Below, piece after piece: positions 41,775 to 51,327 of a stretch of DNA of 64,000 bases. Each line of letters begins with the position of its first letter. Position 1 is the stretch's first letter. This DNA is from Phycisphaerae bacterium (GTDB taxonomy: Bacteria; Planctomycetota; Phycisphaerae; UBA1845), in contig CAXXGO010000006.1 in NCBI GenBank assembly GCA_963666835.2, positions 2,208,001 through 2,272,000 on the forward strand, in the 5' to 3' direction. Below the pieces are notes generated by a model. The model did not search any database. It was given only the letters and a program-made list of their open reading frames with translations, and was not told the DNA's origin. The translations under genes were made by a program, and so were the position numbers.

Positions 41775-43703
41775 ATGCCCGGTGACAGTTCGCGGGCAGT
41801 GGCGGATGTCTTCTGGCTTCCGTTGTGCCCGGGCCGGGAGTGCTGTGAAGGCGAAACCGTGTGCTGCGCGGTGGGCGACGTTTGTTGCGGCGACGAATGT
41901 TGTGATCCGGAACGTTGTTGCGGGAACGGGGAGTGTTGCGCGGAGGAGTGTGAGGAGTGCCTGGACAACGGGTCGCTGTCGGGCGGAACGGTCAGTGTGG
42001 TGCCGCAGGTCGTGTGCATCGGGCAGACGATCATCTTTTCCGTCGACGGCGTGGTCGATAGCGGCGGTCTGAAGCGGGTTGATTGCTCCAGCACCATCGA
42101 CCTTCCGGCCGTGGAGCCGAGCTACACGTGGGTGATCACGAAGCCGGACTCGACCACGGAAAGCGGCTCGGGTGCGTCGGCCAACGTCACAGCCGACCAG
42201 GCCGGAGTCTACTCATGCACCTTCACGGCCAACGCCGACCGCGAGTGCCCGCCGGCGGATCTCGAACTCGCCCCGGCGATCGGCACGGCCGCAGAGCTGG
42301 TGGACCTGTCCTTCGAGGGACTCGCTGCGGACGACGAGGACGACCCGGGCGGGTTCTTGTGCGTCGACGGGCCTGCTCCTCTGCCGGCGCTGCTCATCGA
42401 GGCCGACGGAGCGTTGACGAACGGGACCGTGGAGTTCGAGGTGGTCAGCGGCGAGAACCTGATTCAGATGTATAATGACGCGGCCGCAACCACTCCGGTC
42501 ACGTACTTCAATCAGTCGTGGCCGGTAGCGGATTTGCCCATAACGCGCTACGTTCGCGGTATCGAGGTCAGCGCCGCCCCCCGCGACGTAGAGTTCCGCC
42601 TGAGCTACACGGGTGACGGCGGACCTTGCGCCGATACAATGCGGTTGACGGTGGTGAAGGTCGATCTTAAGTCCTTGACATTTACGAGTGACCACGGGGT
42701 CTTGTTGGACAAGAACGACAACTTCGAAAAAGGCGGGGCGTCATTCGGAGAACCTGAGTGGGACGCCGACATACGCCCGCTTGGTGTGCCAATCTCGCAC
42801 ACGATGGGAGAGCACGTGACGGTCGACGTGGAAGTCGAGATCTCCCCACTCGCATTGCCGCCCACTCAGTTTGCTCTTGCCGGGACCGGTCCGCCCGGCT
42901 TCAATTTCGCTGACTTGCCTAGCTTGCACGGAGGCCAGAACGTCGTTCTTGCGACCTCAGCAGACACTGTCGACGAGCAGTTTCATTGGTTCGCGCCGTC
43001 GATCACGTGGCGAATCGAACGTGCCGGACGCCTCTTCCTGGAGACGGAGGCCAGTCCCAAACTGGTATACGTTACGATGGGCGCTCCGCGCGACACGGGG
43101 GCCGACCAACACCAAGCGACTCAGATTCGGATGGAGCGGGCCGTCCAATACGCCGGCGCAGTCGGCTCGCTGAATCCCCATGAGATTGTTGCCAAAGTGC
43201 GCGATGCCGCAGGCACTTATGATCTCAACGCCCCACGCCTCAACGCGTGGGAGGTGCCCGAGAAGGGCGGTGATTGCCAGTCAATCATCCGTTTCGTCGA
43301 GAAGGTAGTTAAGATGGTGGATGTACCAGGCACGTTCGAACATAAGCACATCTATGCCATCGAGACCGCTCCGGCGGTGGCCATAGAGGGTACTGCGACA
43401 GACGGCGGACTTAACGACAATATCCGCATTCATCCGACCCAACCTACGTGGACCTTGTCGTTGATCGATGGCACGCCAGGGTGCAACGCCTACGAGGCGA
43501 CCGCGAGCTACCTGGAGTGCAGCAAACTCCGATACTACCCTGGCGGTGTCCCGCTTGGTGTTATGGCCAATAAAGACGATGTGTTGAGGGTCTTCGCAAC
43601 CCTATCGTGGGTCGAGTTCGTTGGAGGGGTATGCACAGTCCGTGCGGTCGCGTACACGTATCCCGCGGTTCCTGCGCCGCCGGCGGTTCCGAACTGCCCC
43701 TAG
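41775..43703 (+). CDS. Orphan cassette 4: anchor plus Ig-like domains and a possible Cys-dependent (transglutaminase/papain-like) domain (5'-truncated)
   Basis: Anchor at 41832-42278; GGDCQS (Cys 43275-43277), GCNAYEA, RYYPGG; the enzymatic call is tentative. Confidence 0.65.
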   Translation: MPGDSSRAVADVFWLPLCPGRECCEGETVCCAVGDVCCGDECCDPERCCGNGECCAEECEECLDNGSLSGGTVSVVPQVVCIGQTIIFSVDGVVDSGGLKRVDCSSTIDLPAVEPSYTWVITKPDSTTESGSGASANVTADQAGVYSCTFTANADRECPPADLELAPAIGTAAELVDLSFEGLAADDEDDPGGFLCVDGPAPLPALLIEADGALTNGTVEFEVVSGENLIQMYNDAAATTPVTYFNQSWPVADLPITRYVRGIEVSAAPRDVEFRLSYTGDGGPCADTMRLTVVKVDLKSLTFTSDHGVLLDKNDNFEKGGASFGEPEWDADIRPLGVPISHTMGEHVTVDVEVEISPLALPPTQFALAGTGPPGFNFADLPSLHGGQNVVLATSADTVDEQFHWFAPSITWRIERAGRLFLETEASPKLVYVTMGAPRDTGADQHQATQIRMERAVQYAGAVGSLNPHEIVAKVRDAAGTYDLNAPRLNAWEVPEKGGDCQSIIRFVEKVVKMVDVPGTFEHKHIYAIETAPAVAIEGTATDGGLNDNIRIHPTQPTWTLSLIDGTPGCNAYEATASYLECSKLRYYPGGVPLGVMANKDDVLRVFATLSWVEFVGGVCTVRAVAYTYPAVPAPPAVPNCP

Positions 43704-43750
43704 TCGGGCGACAGCGGTTGTTGTATTGTGAGAGGTGCTGCAATCGGAGG

Positions 43751-44008
43751 AAGGGGGTATTGGGTTCGCTGCCCCTGGCTACGGCGGGCTTCGGCCCACG
43801 ATGGCGAACGGGGAACAACGGGCGCGCACGACCTGTCGGAGCAGCCCGCACCCCAAAGCAGCGGCTCGGGAAAGGCCGGACAGCGTCCATGAACCGGGAA
43901 ATCAAACCCGAGAACCTCGCCGCCTGGCCGGCCAAGCCGCCCCAGCGGCCGAGTGCTCAGCCATCCCGGCGGACTGCCGGACAGGGGCAGCGAACCCAAT
44001 ACCCCCTT
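43751..44008. mobile_element. MITE-like element of about 257 bp with perfect 27-bp terminal inverted repeats and a 7-8 bp target duplication
   Basis: AAGGGGGTATTGGGTTCGCTGCCCCTG at 43751-43777, reverse complement at 43982-44008; TCGGAGG(A) direct repeat at 43744 and 44009. Confidence 0.88.
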
Positions 44009-44065
44009 TCGGAGGATTGGCCTTCCTTTCACAAGGAGTTGAGGCAACCGCGAAAGGAGATGGAT

Positions 44066-44884
44066 ATGAATATACTACAGCTATTTGGATGTATCACATT
44101 ACTATCGGGGATAGTGGTTGTGGCTGGAGGATCTCAAGCGGCGAGCCAGACGGCTCGGCTCAAAGAACGGGAGGCGGAGTTCTACCATCTAGATTTTGGC
44201 CGGAGTCTCGTTCGCGACCGCCCCAGCAACGAGTTCGTGGATCTGACGTTCGAGGCGATTCCGACGGAACTCGTCGATCAGATGTACAGTTACCTGGCCT
44301 TCTCGGTGCATTGGGCAGCTCATCCGCAAAAGCAGGGAGAGGGGCGCGTGGGAGGCGATTTCCGTGTACGTGCCTACGCTGCGCACGGCAAGACAGAGGA
44401 CGACCTGATCGAGTACGCGTGGACGCGGTTCGGACAGGACCTTCGTCTAGTTGCGGGGCTCAATGCGATGCGACTGGACATTAACTTGGGCGACGTCTTA
44501 CGAAATCGAGAAATGGACGATTACGGGTCCAACGCCGTGGCAAGAACCAAGGGTCTTCTTTCGCAGATCCTCCGACTGGCGGGGGTTGATAGAGATGGAC
44601 GCAGTTTCGAGGTCTATCTTCCCTGGCCGGAGGAGCTCGTAGAAGGAACACGGTTCTGCTCGAATTTGGATACTAATCTCATACGCATGAAGAAGTGGCA
44701 CGAACGCGTTGACGTGTATGTCCATGATGGGATCCTGTCCGTTTTGATCTACAAGAAGGTGGAACAGTTGATTGGGTATCAAGACGGCTCGACGTGGTTT
44801 CCCAGCGAGTTTCGGGAATTGGTGCACAGGAAGGCCGAGAAACAGGCCAAGGCGGGCCAATCCGAGAGCGTCAGCAAAGAGTAG
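44066..44884 (+). CDS. Exported hypothetical protein; candidate immunity protein 4
   Basis: RBS AAGGAG 6 nt before ATG 44066; signal MNILQLFGCITLLSGIVVVAGGSQA. Confidence 0.72.
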   Translation: MNILQLFGCITLLSGIVVVAGGSQAASQTARLKEREAEFYHLDFGRSLVRDRPSNEFVDLTFEAIPTELVDQMYSYLAFSVHWAAHPQKQGEGRVGGDFRVRAYAAHGKTEDDLIEYAWTRFGQDLRLVAGLNAMRLDINLGDVLRNREMDDYGSNAVARTKGLLSQILRLAGVDRDGRSFEVYLPWPEELVEGTRFCSNLDTNLIRMKKWHERVDVYVHDGILSVLIYKKVEQLIGYQDGSTWFPSEFRELVHRKAEKQAKAGQSESVSKE

Positions 44885-45052
44885 GAGACCGCCTAGGGAA
44901 GAAGGAAACCGGGAGGGAGATCGGGAAGGATTGTCGGCGATGCCTCGATATTGCGTGAGGGTCGCTGAGTCCTTCCTGACCCGGCCGGGACCATTCCGGC
45001 CAACGTATTCGGGCAGTCGATTCAGGCTCCGGCCACGTATTACGTTCGCACC

Positions 45053-46912
45053 GTGGCGCCCGGTGATGCCGAGCTACGGCTGACGCTCGAAAGCGATCCC
45101 GATGGGTGTGAAGACCGCGTCATGTTGAGGATCTGGCCTACCGATCTGGACGGCGATGCCGACCATGATGCGATAATCGATGATGTCGGTCCCGACGACG
45201 ACCTCGAGGATACTCTGCCGGGCGTTATTGTCCTGTGCAATCAGGACGACGACAACGGAGACGCGGTTGTCGACAATGCGGACGGTGTCATTAACGGGCC
45301 GACTGACGGCGACGATCTGGCGCCGGTCGTGATTCGGATTATGCCGGACCTTCCGTCAGCCTGGACGGTTACGCTTGCTCTGGAGAATCCGACCAACGTT
45401 GCGGCCGGGTTGGGCGCGGGCGACGTCGTTCGCGTTTACCCGGAACTGACGGACGGTACGCCCAGTCTGCTGGGGCCGGGGTCGACCAGCTTCACTCTGC
45501 CCGAGACCGCTGCTGCGCACGATGTCGATCTCACGACGTTGCGTACCGGTGATGTGCCTTTGTGGGTAGAGGGGCTGGAGTTTGCGGCCGAGGTGAAACT
45601 CCGTCTAACGGTCAACGACGATGCCGGCGTTCTGGTTTGCGAGGACGTGATTCAGTTGAAGGTGTCGCCGCTGATTCTGCTGTCGAATCTCGAACCGGCG
45701 GAGACGAGTTATGTATCGCAAGTAGTCGGGACGCAGCCCGTCACGGCCGATTCGTATGCCTATACCACTCAGAGATTCCCGGACCAGACGCCACCGGGAA
45801 TTGTGGATACGATTATCTACCCGCCGGACAATAGCGGTTGGGACGTCTGGGCCCGGGACGAGCTTCAGTTTTGCTACCAGGATTCGCCCGAGAAGAGCAT
45901 GTACGTTGTGCTGGATTCGAAGCGGGACCGCCAGGGAATCGGCTTGCAGCCGTTCCCGCTGACCTTGCTCGGGCCGGATTTCGGCCATATCCAGATAGAA
46001 GATGGCATCTACTCTGCAAACTCGTTCGATTCCTTCGGGAATCTTGAGGTCTCACCTCCGTGCACAACCGCTGTCGGTGACTATCCGCTGGGCCGGATCT
46101 ACTACGGGGATGATGACACACTGGACCTCGAAGATCGCATGGACTCCACGCTCCGAGAGTTTCTTGCTCGGCAAGGCGTGCAGAATCCCTTCACATTGGT
46201 AAGTAGCTGGCTCTTTGTGGGGCACGTGGACGAGTTGATGTCAATCGTTCCAAACCCCTATGCCACTCACGGATGGACAGTCCTGCTGGCCGATCCGGTG
46301 CTGGCCCTCGACATCCTCACCGGTGATGCCGTGGTGAGCGGAGGAGTTGACCAGGCACTCCATATTCCGAAGTACAATGACTACAGCGTAGTACAGTTGG
46401 ATGCGCTGCTCGGGCGCACGACGTCAGATGGTTCGATGACAATCGAACAATACAATGCGGCGGGCGGTGCTTTGGCGTTACACCTCCAGGACTGTAGGGA
46501 TGCCCTTGAGACGGAGCTCGAGTTAAATATGTCCGAGGACTTCTATACCGTTCCTGTGCTGTTTGACTCGGTTGACGGCACAGCGCTAGCGATTACTCCG
46601 AATCTGGTTAACGGCGGCGTATTCGGGACGACGTTGATCGCGCCGGATCCCTTTCTTTGCGCCGCTACGGAGGAGGATGTCAACGCGAACTATGTGCTCG
46701 ATCCCGGCGAGGACACGAACAGCAACTTCATGCTGGACACCACACGTGACCCGTTCCAGGTCTGGCTTAACGCGAACGTGCCGCCCGGCGTCAACGTAGA
46801 GTACGTAGACGATTGGTTCCTTTATCATATTGAGCGCGGCGAGGTCCATTGCAGTTCGAATGAGAAGCGGGCGATACCAAGTGGCCCTGCATGGTGGGAC
46901 TCGATGCCTTGA
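45053..46912 (+). CDS. Protein-arginine deiminase (eukaryotic PAD type), 5'-truncated orphan cassette
   Basis: WARDE, FDSFGNLEVSPP, YPLGRI, WLFVGHVDE, GEVHCSSN: the complete Asp/His/Asp/Cys catalytic set of PAD1-4 type enzymes; no RBS or signal peptide. Confidence 0.88.
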   Translation: MAPGDAELRLTLESDPDGCEDRVMLRIWPTDLDGDADHDAIIDDVGPDDDLEDTLPGVIVLCNQDDDNGDAVVDNADGVINGPTDGDDLAPVVIRIMPDLPSAWTVTLALENPTNVAAGLGAGDVVRVYPELTDGTPSLLGPGSTSFTLPETAAAHDVDLTTLRTGDVPLWVEGLEFAAEVKLRLTVNDDAGVLVCEDVIQLKVSPLILLSNLEPAETSYVSQVVGTQPVTADSYAYTTQRFPDQTPPGIVDTIIYPPDNSGWDVWARDELQFCYQDSPEKSMYVVLDSKRDRQGIGLQPFPLTLLGPDFGHIQIEDGIYSANSFDSFGNLEVSPPCTTAVGDYPLGRIYYGDDDTLDLEDRMDSTLREFLARQGVQNPFTLVSSWLFVGHVDELMSIVPNPYATHGWTVLLADPVLALDILTGDAVVSGGVDQALHIPKYNDYSVVQLDALLGRTTSDGSMTIEQYNAAGGALALHLQDCRDALETELELNMSEDFYTVPVLFDSVDGTALAITPNLVNGGVFGTTLIAPDPFLCAATEEDVNANYVLDPGEDTNSNFMLDTTRDPFQVWLNANVPPGVNVEYVDDWFLYHIERGEVHCSSNEKRAIPSGPAWWDSMP

Positions 46913-46941
46913 CAGGAGAGAGACTCTTCGGAGATAGAATC

Positions 46942-48177
46942 ATGAACATGACACGTAAGAGTTTTACATGCATCACGCGGGCGGTTGTGTTTCTCGCCTT
47001 GCCGCCATTCTTCGCGGGCACAACAAGGGCCGGGCAGGATCTGGCGGCACTGGAACGCGTGGCGAAAGCCGGTGGCGAGGAGTATATCCGATTGCGCAAC
47101 GCGCTGCTGAAAACACATCCCGAGCCGTGGGATGTCGCCAATGCCGCAGCGCATTCTTGGGATACCGGGATTGCGGCCTTCATTCTGAATGAGCGACAGA
47201 AGGCGGCGGATATGTTTGTTAAATGGGATGCGCTACGCCTGCGGGTTTATGCTGATGGGACGTCCTACGCACTCCACCAAGGCACGTCAGACGCCGCCGC
47301 GGCATTTCTACTTGAGAAGATATGGAAGAGTCCTTCGGAGAGGGAACGCGACAGAGCCTACCGGCAGTTCTGCCGGGGGCACAAGGAGGAGTTCGCTCAT
47401 GCCGGCGATCCAGCATTATGGACCGCTACCTGGGAGCAGTGTGAGGACGAGCAAATCCGATACGCAGTGCTTTATCAGGTTTGCGCTTCCTGCGATCCCT
47501 CCACGCAGCCAATTATCGTGGGGCTCCTAGCGGAAGAGGGCGACTCACTGCCTGTACGTCGGTTGAGGGCTCAGTGCATGAGTGGCCTGTGGCACCGCGA
47601 TACGGAGCAGACTGTGGACGCTGTTCTCGGGGTCTGGGATGTTCTGAGCAAAACCGGCCACTGGAAATACAGCGGTGCGGGCGTACTGGCCAACAACAGC
47701 AGTGAACGGGCCCGTCGGTTTGTGCATGATCTTGTGCTCGATTCTACTGAGGACGAGGATCTGCGGGCCGAGATAGTGATCAAGTGCTGCCTTCGGCCGC
47801 ACCCGGGTGACCTCGAAGTGTTCCGCAGGTTCTTTACCGGGCCGGGGTCGGATAAAATGAAAAAGGACGCACTACGCGGGCTCTACAGGTATCCGCTCAG
47901 CGGCATTCGGCCGCTTCTTCGAGAACTCCTGGTCGAGTCGACCGACCCTGTGATGATCGCCGCCGCGGCACTGACCTTCACCCAAGCGCACCGCTGGGCA
48001 AAAGACGTGCCCGAAGCGACGAAGGCTGAGGATATTGCATTGTTTGAGGAAGTGCTGCGTACGAAGGAGGGCTTATCGGGCGCTACGCGCGTCCACATAG
48101 ACATGTACATCCAGGAGCTCCGGGCCAAGCCGGGCGATCCGCGGCCGACGCTGCCGGATCCTCCGCAGGATAGGTGA
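46942..48177 (+). CDS. Exported HEAT-like protein, paralog A (candidate PAD immunity)
   Basis: RBS GGAG; signal-like N-terminus; helical repeats; ends RAKPGDPRPTLPDPPQDR. Confidence 0.75.
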   Translation: MNMTRKSFTCITRAVVFLALPPFFAGTTRAGQDLAALERVAKAGGEEYIRLRNALLKTHPEPWDVANAAAHSWDTGIAAFILNERQKAADMFVKWDALRLRVYADGTSYALHQGTSDAAAAFLLEKIWKSPSERERDRAYRQFCRGHKEEFAHAGDPALWTATWEQCEDEQIRYAVLYQVCASCDPSTQPIIVGLLAEEGDSLPVRRLRAQCMSGLWHRDTEQTVDAVLGVWDVLSKTGHWKYSGAGVLANNSSERARRFVHDLVLDSTEDEDLRAEIVIKCCLRPHPGDLEVFRRFFTGPGSDKMKKDALRGLYRYPLSGIRPLLRELLVESTDPVMIAAAALTFTQAHRWAKDVPEATKAEDIALFEEVLRTKEGLSGATRVHIDMYIQELRAKPGDPRPTLPDPPQDR

Positions 48178-48345
48178 TGCACCGGAAGCCGGCGTGGCGT
48201 GCCCGCATCCGCCCGCCACGCCGGCGTTTCTTGCACGGTCCAACGTACGGAATCGGCGAGATTGGATATCGGCGAAACGCGGCATCCAGCGGTTGCGTCC
48301 GGCCAGATGGTCAGGGCCATGCGGGCAGTGTTCGGAGACGGAAGC

Positions 48346-49581
48346 ATGAGCATGAGACATAAACGTATCATCTGCACCGTAGGAGTCTTCGCGACCGTCG
48401 CCTTGCCGCTGTTCTTGGCATTGACGACGCGAGGAGGAGAGGATTTCGCGCGACTGGAGCGCGTGGCCAGAGCCGAAGGCGACGAGTATGTCCAATTGCG
48501 CGATGCGCTACTTGAGACGCACCCTGAACCGTGGGACGTTGGTGTTGCGGCGGGCCAGTCGTGGGATGCCGGGGTGATGGCGTTCATCCTGAACGCCCGC
48601 CGTGGTGCAAAGGACACGTTTAGGGGTTGGGACGCACTAAGTCCTCGGTACACTGCATCTGGTCGAAGTTATAGCCTCTCTGGCAAGGATTGGACGAGCG
48701 TATGGGCATTCCTGATCGAGAAGATATGGAAGGGGGAGACGGCTAGAGAGAGGGACGGTGCGGACTATGATCTCCAACAATACTGCAGAGAGAGCACCAT
48801 AGAGCTGGGGCATCTGGCCCTCTGGCATGCCATATGGGATGGTTGTGATGATGAGCGGTTGCAGTCTGTTGCGGTGTTCCAGTTGTGTTCGAATCCGGAT
48901 CCATCCACCCAGCCAATTATCGTGGAGCTTCTGAAGGGCGGGAATGGCTCGTTGGACGCGCGTCGACTGAGGGGTCAGTGCATGAGTGGCCTGTGGTACC
49001 GGGATACGGAGCAGACTGTGGACGCTGTTCTCGGCGTCTGGGATGCTCTGAGCAAGACCGGCCACTGGGAATACAGTGGGGCGGGCGTACTGGCCCGCAC
49101 CAGCAGCGAACGCGCCCGGCGGTTTGTCTATGACCTTGTGCTCGATTCTAGTGAGGACGAGAGGCTGCGCGCCGAGACGTTGATGCACTTCTGCCATCGC
49201 CCGCAGCCGGGCGACATCCAAGTGTTCCGCAAGTTCTTTGCGGGACCGGGTTCGGATAAGATGAAGTGGGATGCACTGGGTGGGCTGTACAGGTATCCGC
49301 TCAATGACATTCGCCCGCTTCTTCGTGAACTTCTCATGGACTCGACTGACCCGAAGATGATCGCGAGTGCCGCGTTTGCGCTGAGCAAGGCCGACCTCTC
49401 TACGAAGGATGTGCCCGATGCGACGAAGGCGGAGGATATTGCACTGTTCGAGGAGGTTCTGCGAACAAGAGAGGACTTGCATGAAACGGCTCGCGTTCAC
49501 ATAGACCTGTACATTCGGAGGCTCCGGGCCAAGCCGGGCGATCCGCGGCCGACGCTACCGGATCCTCCGCAGGATAGGTGA
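48346..49581 (+). CDS. Exported HEAT-like protein, paralog B
   Basis: Tandem paralog of 46942-48177 with the same C-terminal peptide. Confidence 0.75.
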   Translation: MSMRHKRIICTVGVFATVALPLFLALTTRGGEDFARLERVARAEGDEYVQLRDALLETHPEPWDVGVAAGQSWDAGVMAFILNARRGAKDTFRGWDALSPRYTASGRSYSLSGKDWTSVWAFLIEKIWKGETARERDGADYDLQQYCRESTIELGHLALWHAIWDGCDDERLQSVAVFQLCSNPDPSTQPIIVELLKGGNGSLDARRLRGQCMSGLWYRDTEQTVDAVLGVWDALSKTGHWEYSGAGVLARTSSERARRFVYDLVLDSSEDERLRAETLMHFCHRPQPGDIQVFRKFFAGPGSDKMKWDALGGLYRYPLNDIRPLLRELLMDSTDPKMIASAAFALSKADLSTKDVPDATKAEDIALFEEVLRTREDLHETARVHIDLYIRRLRAKPGDPRPTLPDPPQDR

Positions 49582-49749
49582 TGCACCGGAAGCCGGTGTG
49601 GCGTGCCCGCATCCGCCCGCCACGCCGGCGTTCCTTGTATGGTGCAACGTACGGAATCGGCGAGATTGGATATCGGCGAAACGCGGCATCCAGCGGTTGC
49701 GTCCGGCCAGATGGTCAGGGCCATGCGGGCAGTGTTCGGAGACGGAAGC

Positions 49750-50982
49750 ATGAGCATGAGACATAAACGTATCATCTGCACCGTAGGAGTCTTCGCGACC
49801 GTCGCCTTGCCGCTGTTCTTGGCATTGACGACGCGAGGAGGAGAGGATTTCGCGCGACTGGAGCGCGTGGCCAGAGCCGAAGGCGACGAGTATGTCCAAT
49901 TGCGCGATGTGCTACTTGAGACGCACCCTGAACCGTGGGACGTTGGTGTTGCGGCGGGCCAGTCGTGGGATGCCGGGGTGATGGCGTTCATCCTGAACGC
50001 CCGCCGTGGTGCAAAGGAAGAATTCAAGGGTTGGGACGCGCAACGTCCTCAGCCGACAGCCTCTGGCCATAGTTACGACCTCTGCAGCAGGGATTGGACT
50101 AGCGCATGGGCATTCCTGATGGAAAAGACCTGGAAAGGGGAGACGGCTAGAGAGAGGGACGGTGCGGACTATGACCTCCAACAATACTGCAGAAGCGCCA
50201 TAGGGTCGGGTTACCTGGACCTTTGGCACGCCATATGGGACGAGTGCGACGATGAACGGTTCCGCTTGGTTGCGGTGCTTCAGTTGTGTTCGAATACGGA
50301 TCCATCCACCCAGCCAATTATCGTGGAGCTTCTGAAGGGCGGGAATGGCTCGTTGGACGCGCGTCGACTGAGGGGGCAGTGTATGAGTGGCCTGTGGTAC
50401 CGGGATACGGAGCAGACTGTGGACGCTGTTCTCGGCGTCTGGGATGCTCTGAGCAAGACCGGCCACTGGAAATACAGTGGGGCGGGCGTTCTGGCCAACA
50501 ACAGCAGCGAACGGGCGCGGCGGCTTATCCATAAGCTCGTACTCGACCCTTCCGAGGACGAAAAACTACGCGCTGAGACTGTGTGCCGGTGCTGCCTGCG
50601 GCCGCACCCGGGCGACCTCGAAGTGTTCCGCAAGTTTTTTGCCGGACCGGGTTCGGTTAAGATGAAAAGCGATGCACTACGCGGATTGTACAGGTATCCG
50701 CTCAATGGTATTCGGCCGCTTCTTCGAGAACTCCTGGTCGAGTCGACCGACCCTGGGATAATCGCCGACGCGGCAGTGACCTTGACCCAAGCGCACCGGT
50801 GGGCGAAAGACGTGCCGGAAGCGACGAAGGCTGAGGATATCGCATTGTTTGAGGAAGTGCTGCGTACGAAGGAGGGCTTATCGGGCGCTACGCGCGTCCA
50901 CATAGACATGTACATCCAGGAGCTCCGGGCCAAGCCGGGCGATCCGCGGCCGACGCTGCCGGATCCTCCGCAGGACAGGTGA
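49750..50982 (+). CDS. Exported HEAT-like protein, paralog C (B/A mosaic)
   Basis: N-half nearly identical to B, C-half nearly identical to A. Confidence 0.75.
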   Translation: MSMRHKRIICTVGVFATVALPLFLALTTRGGEDFARLERVARAEGDEYVQLRDVLLETHPEPWDVGVAAGQSWDAGVMAFILNARRGAKEEFKGWDAQRPQPTASGHSYDLCSRDWTSAWAFLMEKTWKGETARERDGADYDLQQYCRSAIGSGYLDLWHAIWDECDDERFRLVAVLQLCSNTDPSTQPIIVELLKGGNGSLDARRLRGQCMSGLWYRDTEQTVDAVLGVWDALSKTGHWKYSGAGVLANNSSERARRLIHKLVLDPSEDEKLRAETVCRCCLRPHPGDLEVFRKFFAGPGSVKMKSDALRGLYRYPLNGIRPLLRELLVESTDPGIIADAAVTLTQAHRWAKDVPEATKAEDIALFEEVLRTKEGLSGATRVHIDMYIQELRAKPGDPRPTLPDPPQDR

Positions 50983-51003
50983 TGCACCGGAGGCCGGTGT
51001 GGC

Positions 51004-51283
51004 GTGCCTGATAACGACGACGAAGGGAAGGTGATTGTCGACAACACAGCGCCGACCGTAACGGGGTTTCAACCGCTCTAGAAGGCTGGAATCGGGCTGG
51101 GAAGGAGTAAGAAGAGCTGAGAATCCCTGTCAGTGCGGTTTGCGGGTAGGATAGCCACGCCGCCGCTGACGGTTCGGATGCAAGAGGACGCAGAACGCGT
51201 ACTGATCACCATAGCCGCTAATCTAATGCCGCTCCGCGACACCGAACGGGTTGATCCGTTCGGTGCCGCGGGTGGTTTGCGAT
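51004..51283 (+). repeat. Duplicate of 37661-~37940 (last 25 codons of the secreted peptidase gene plus downstream intergenic and leader)
   Basis: GTGCCTGATAACGACGA...TTTCAACCGCTCTAGAAGGCTGGAATC...GCCGCTAATCTAATGCCGCTCC is present at both places. Confidence 0.9.
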
Positions 51284-51327
51284 GGGCGGTGCCAGTATGC
51301 GGGCAGTAGCGGAGTTTCTCTGGCGCG

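Noticed and set aside
43607..44065. N-terminal 150 aa of the 425-aa track ORF
   Set aside because: It is read-through of the MITE and intergenic DNA; the RBS and signal peptide place the start at 44066.
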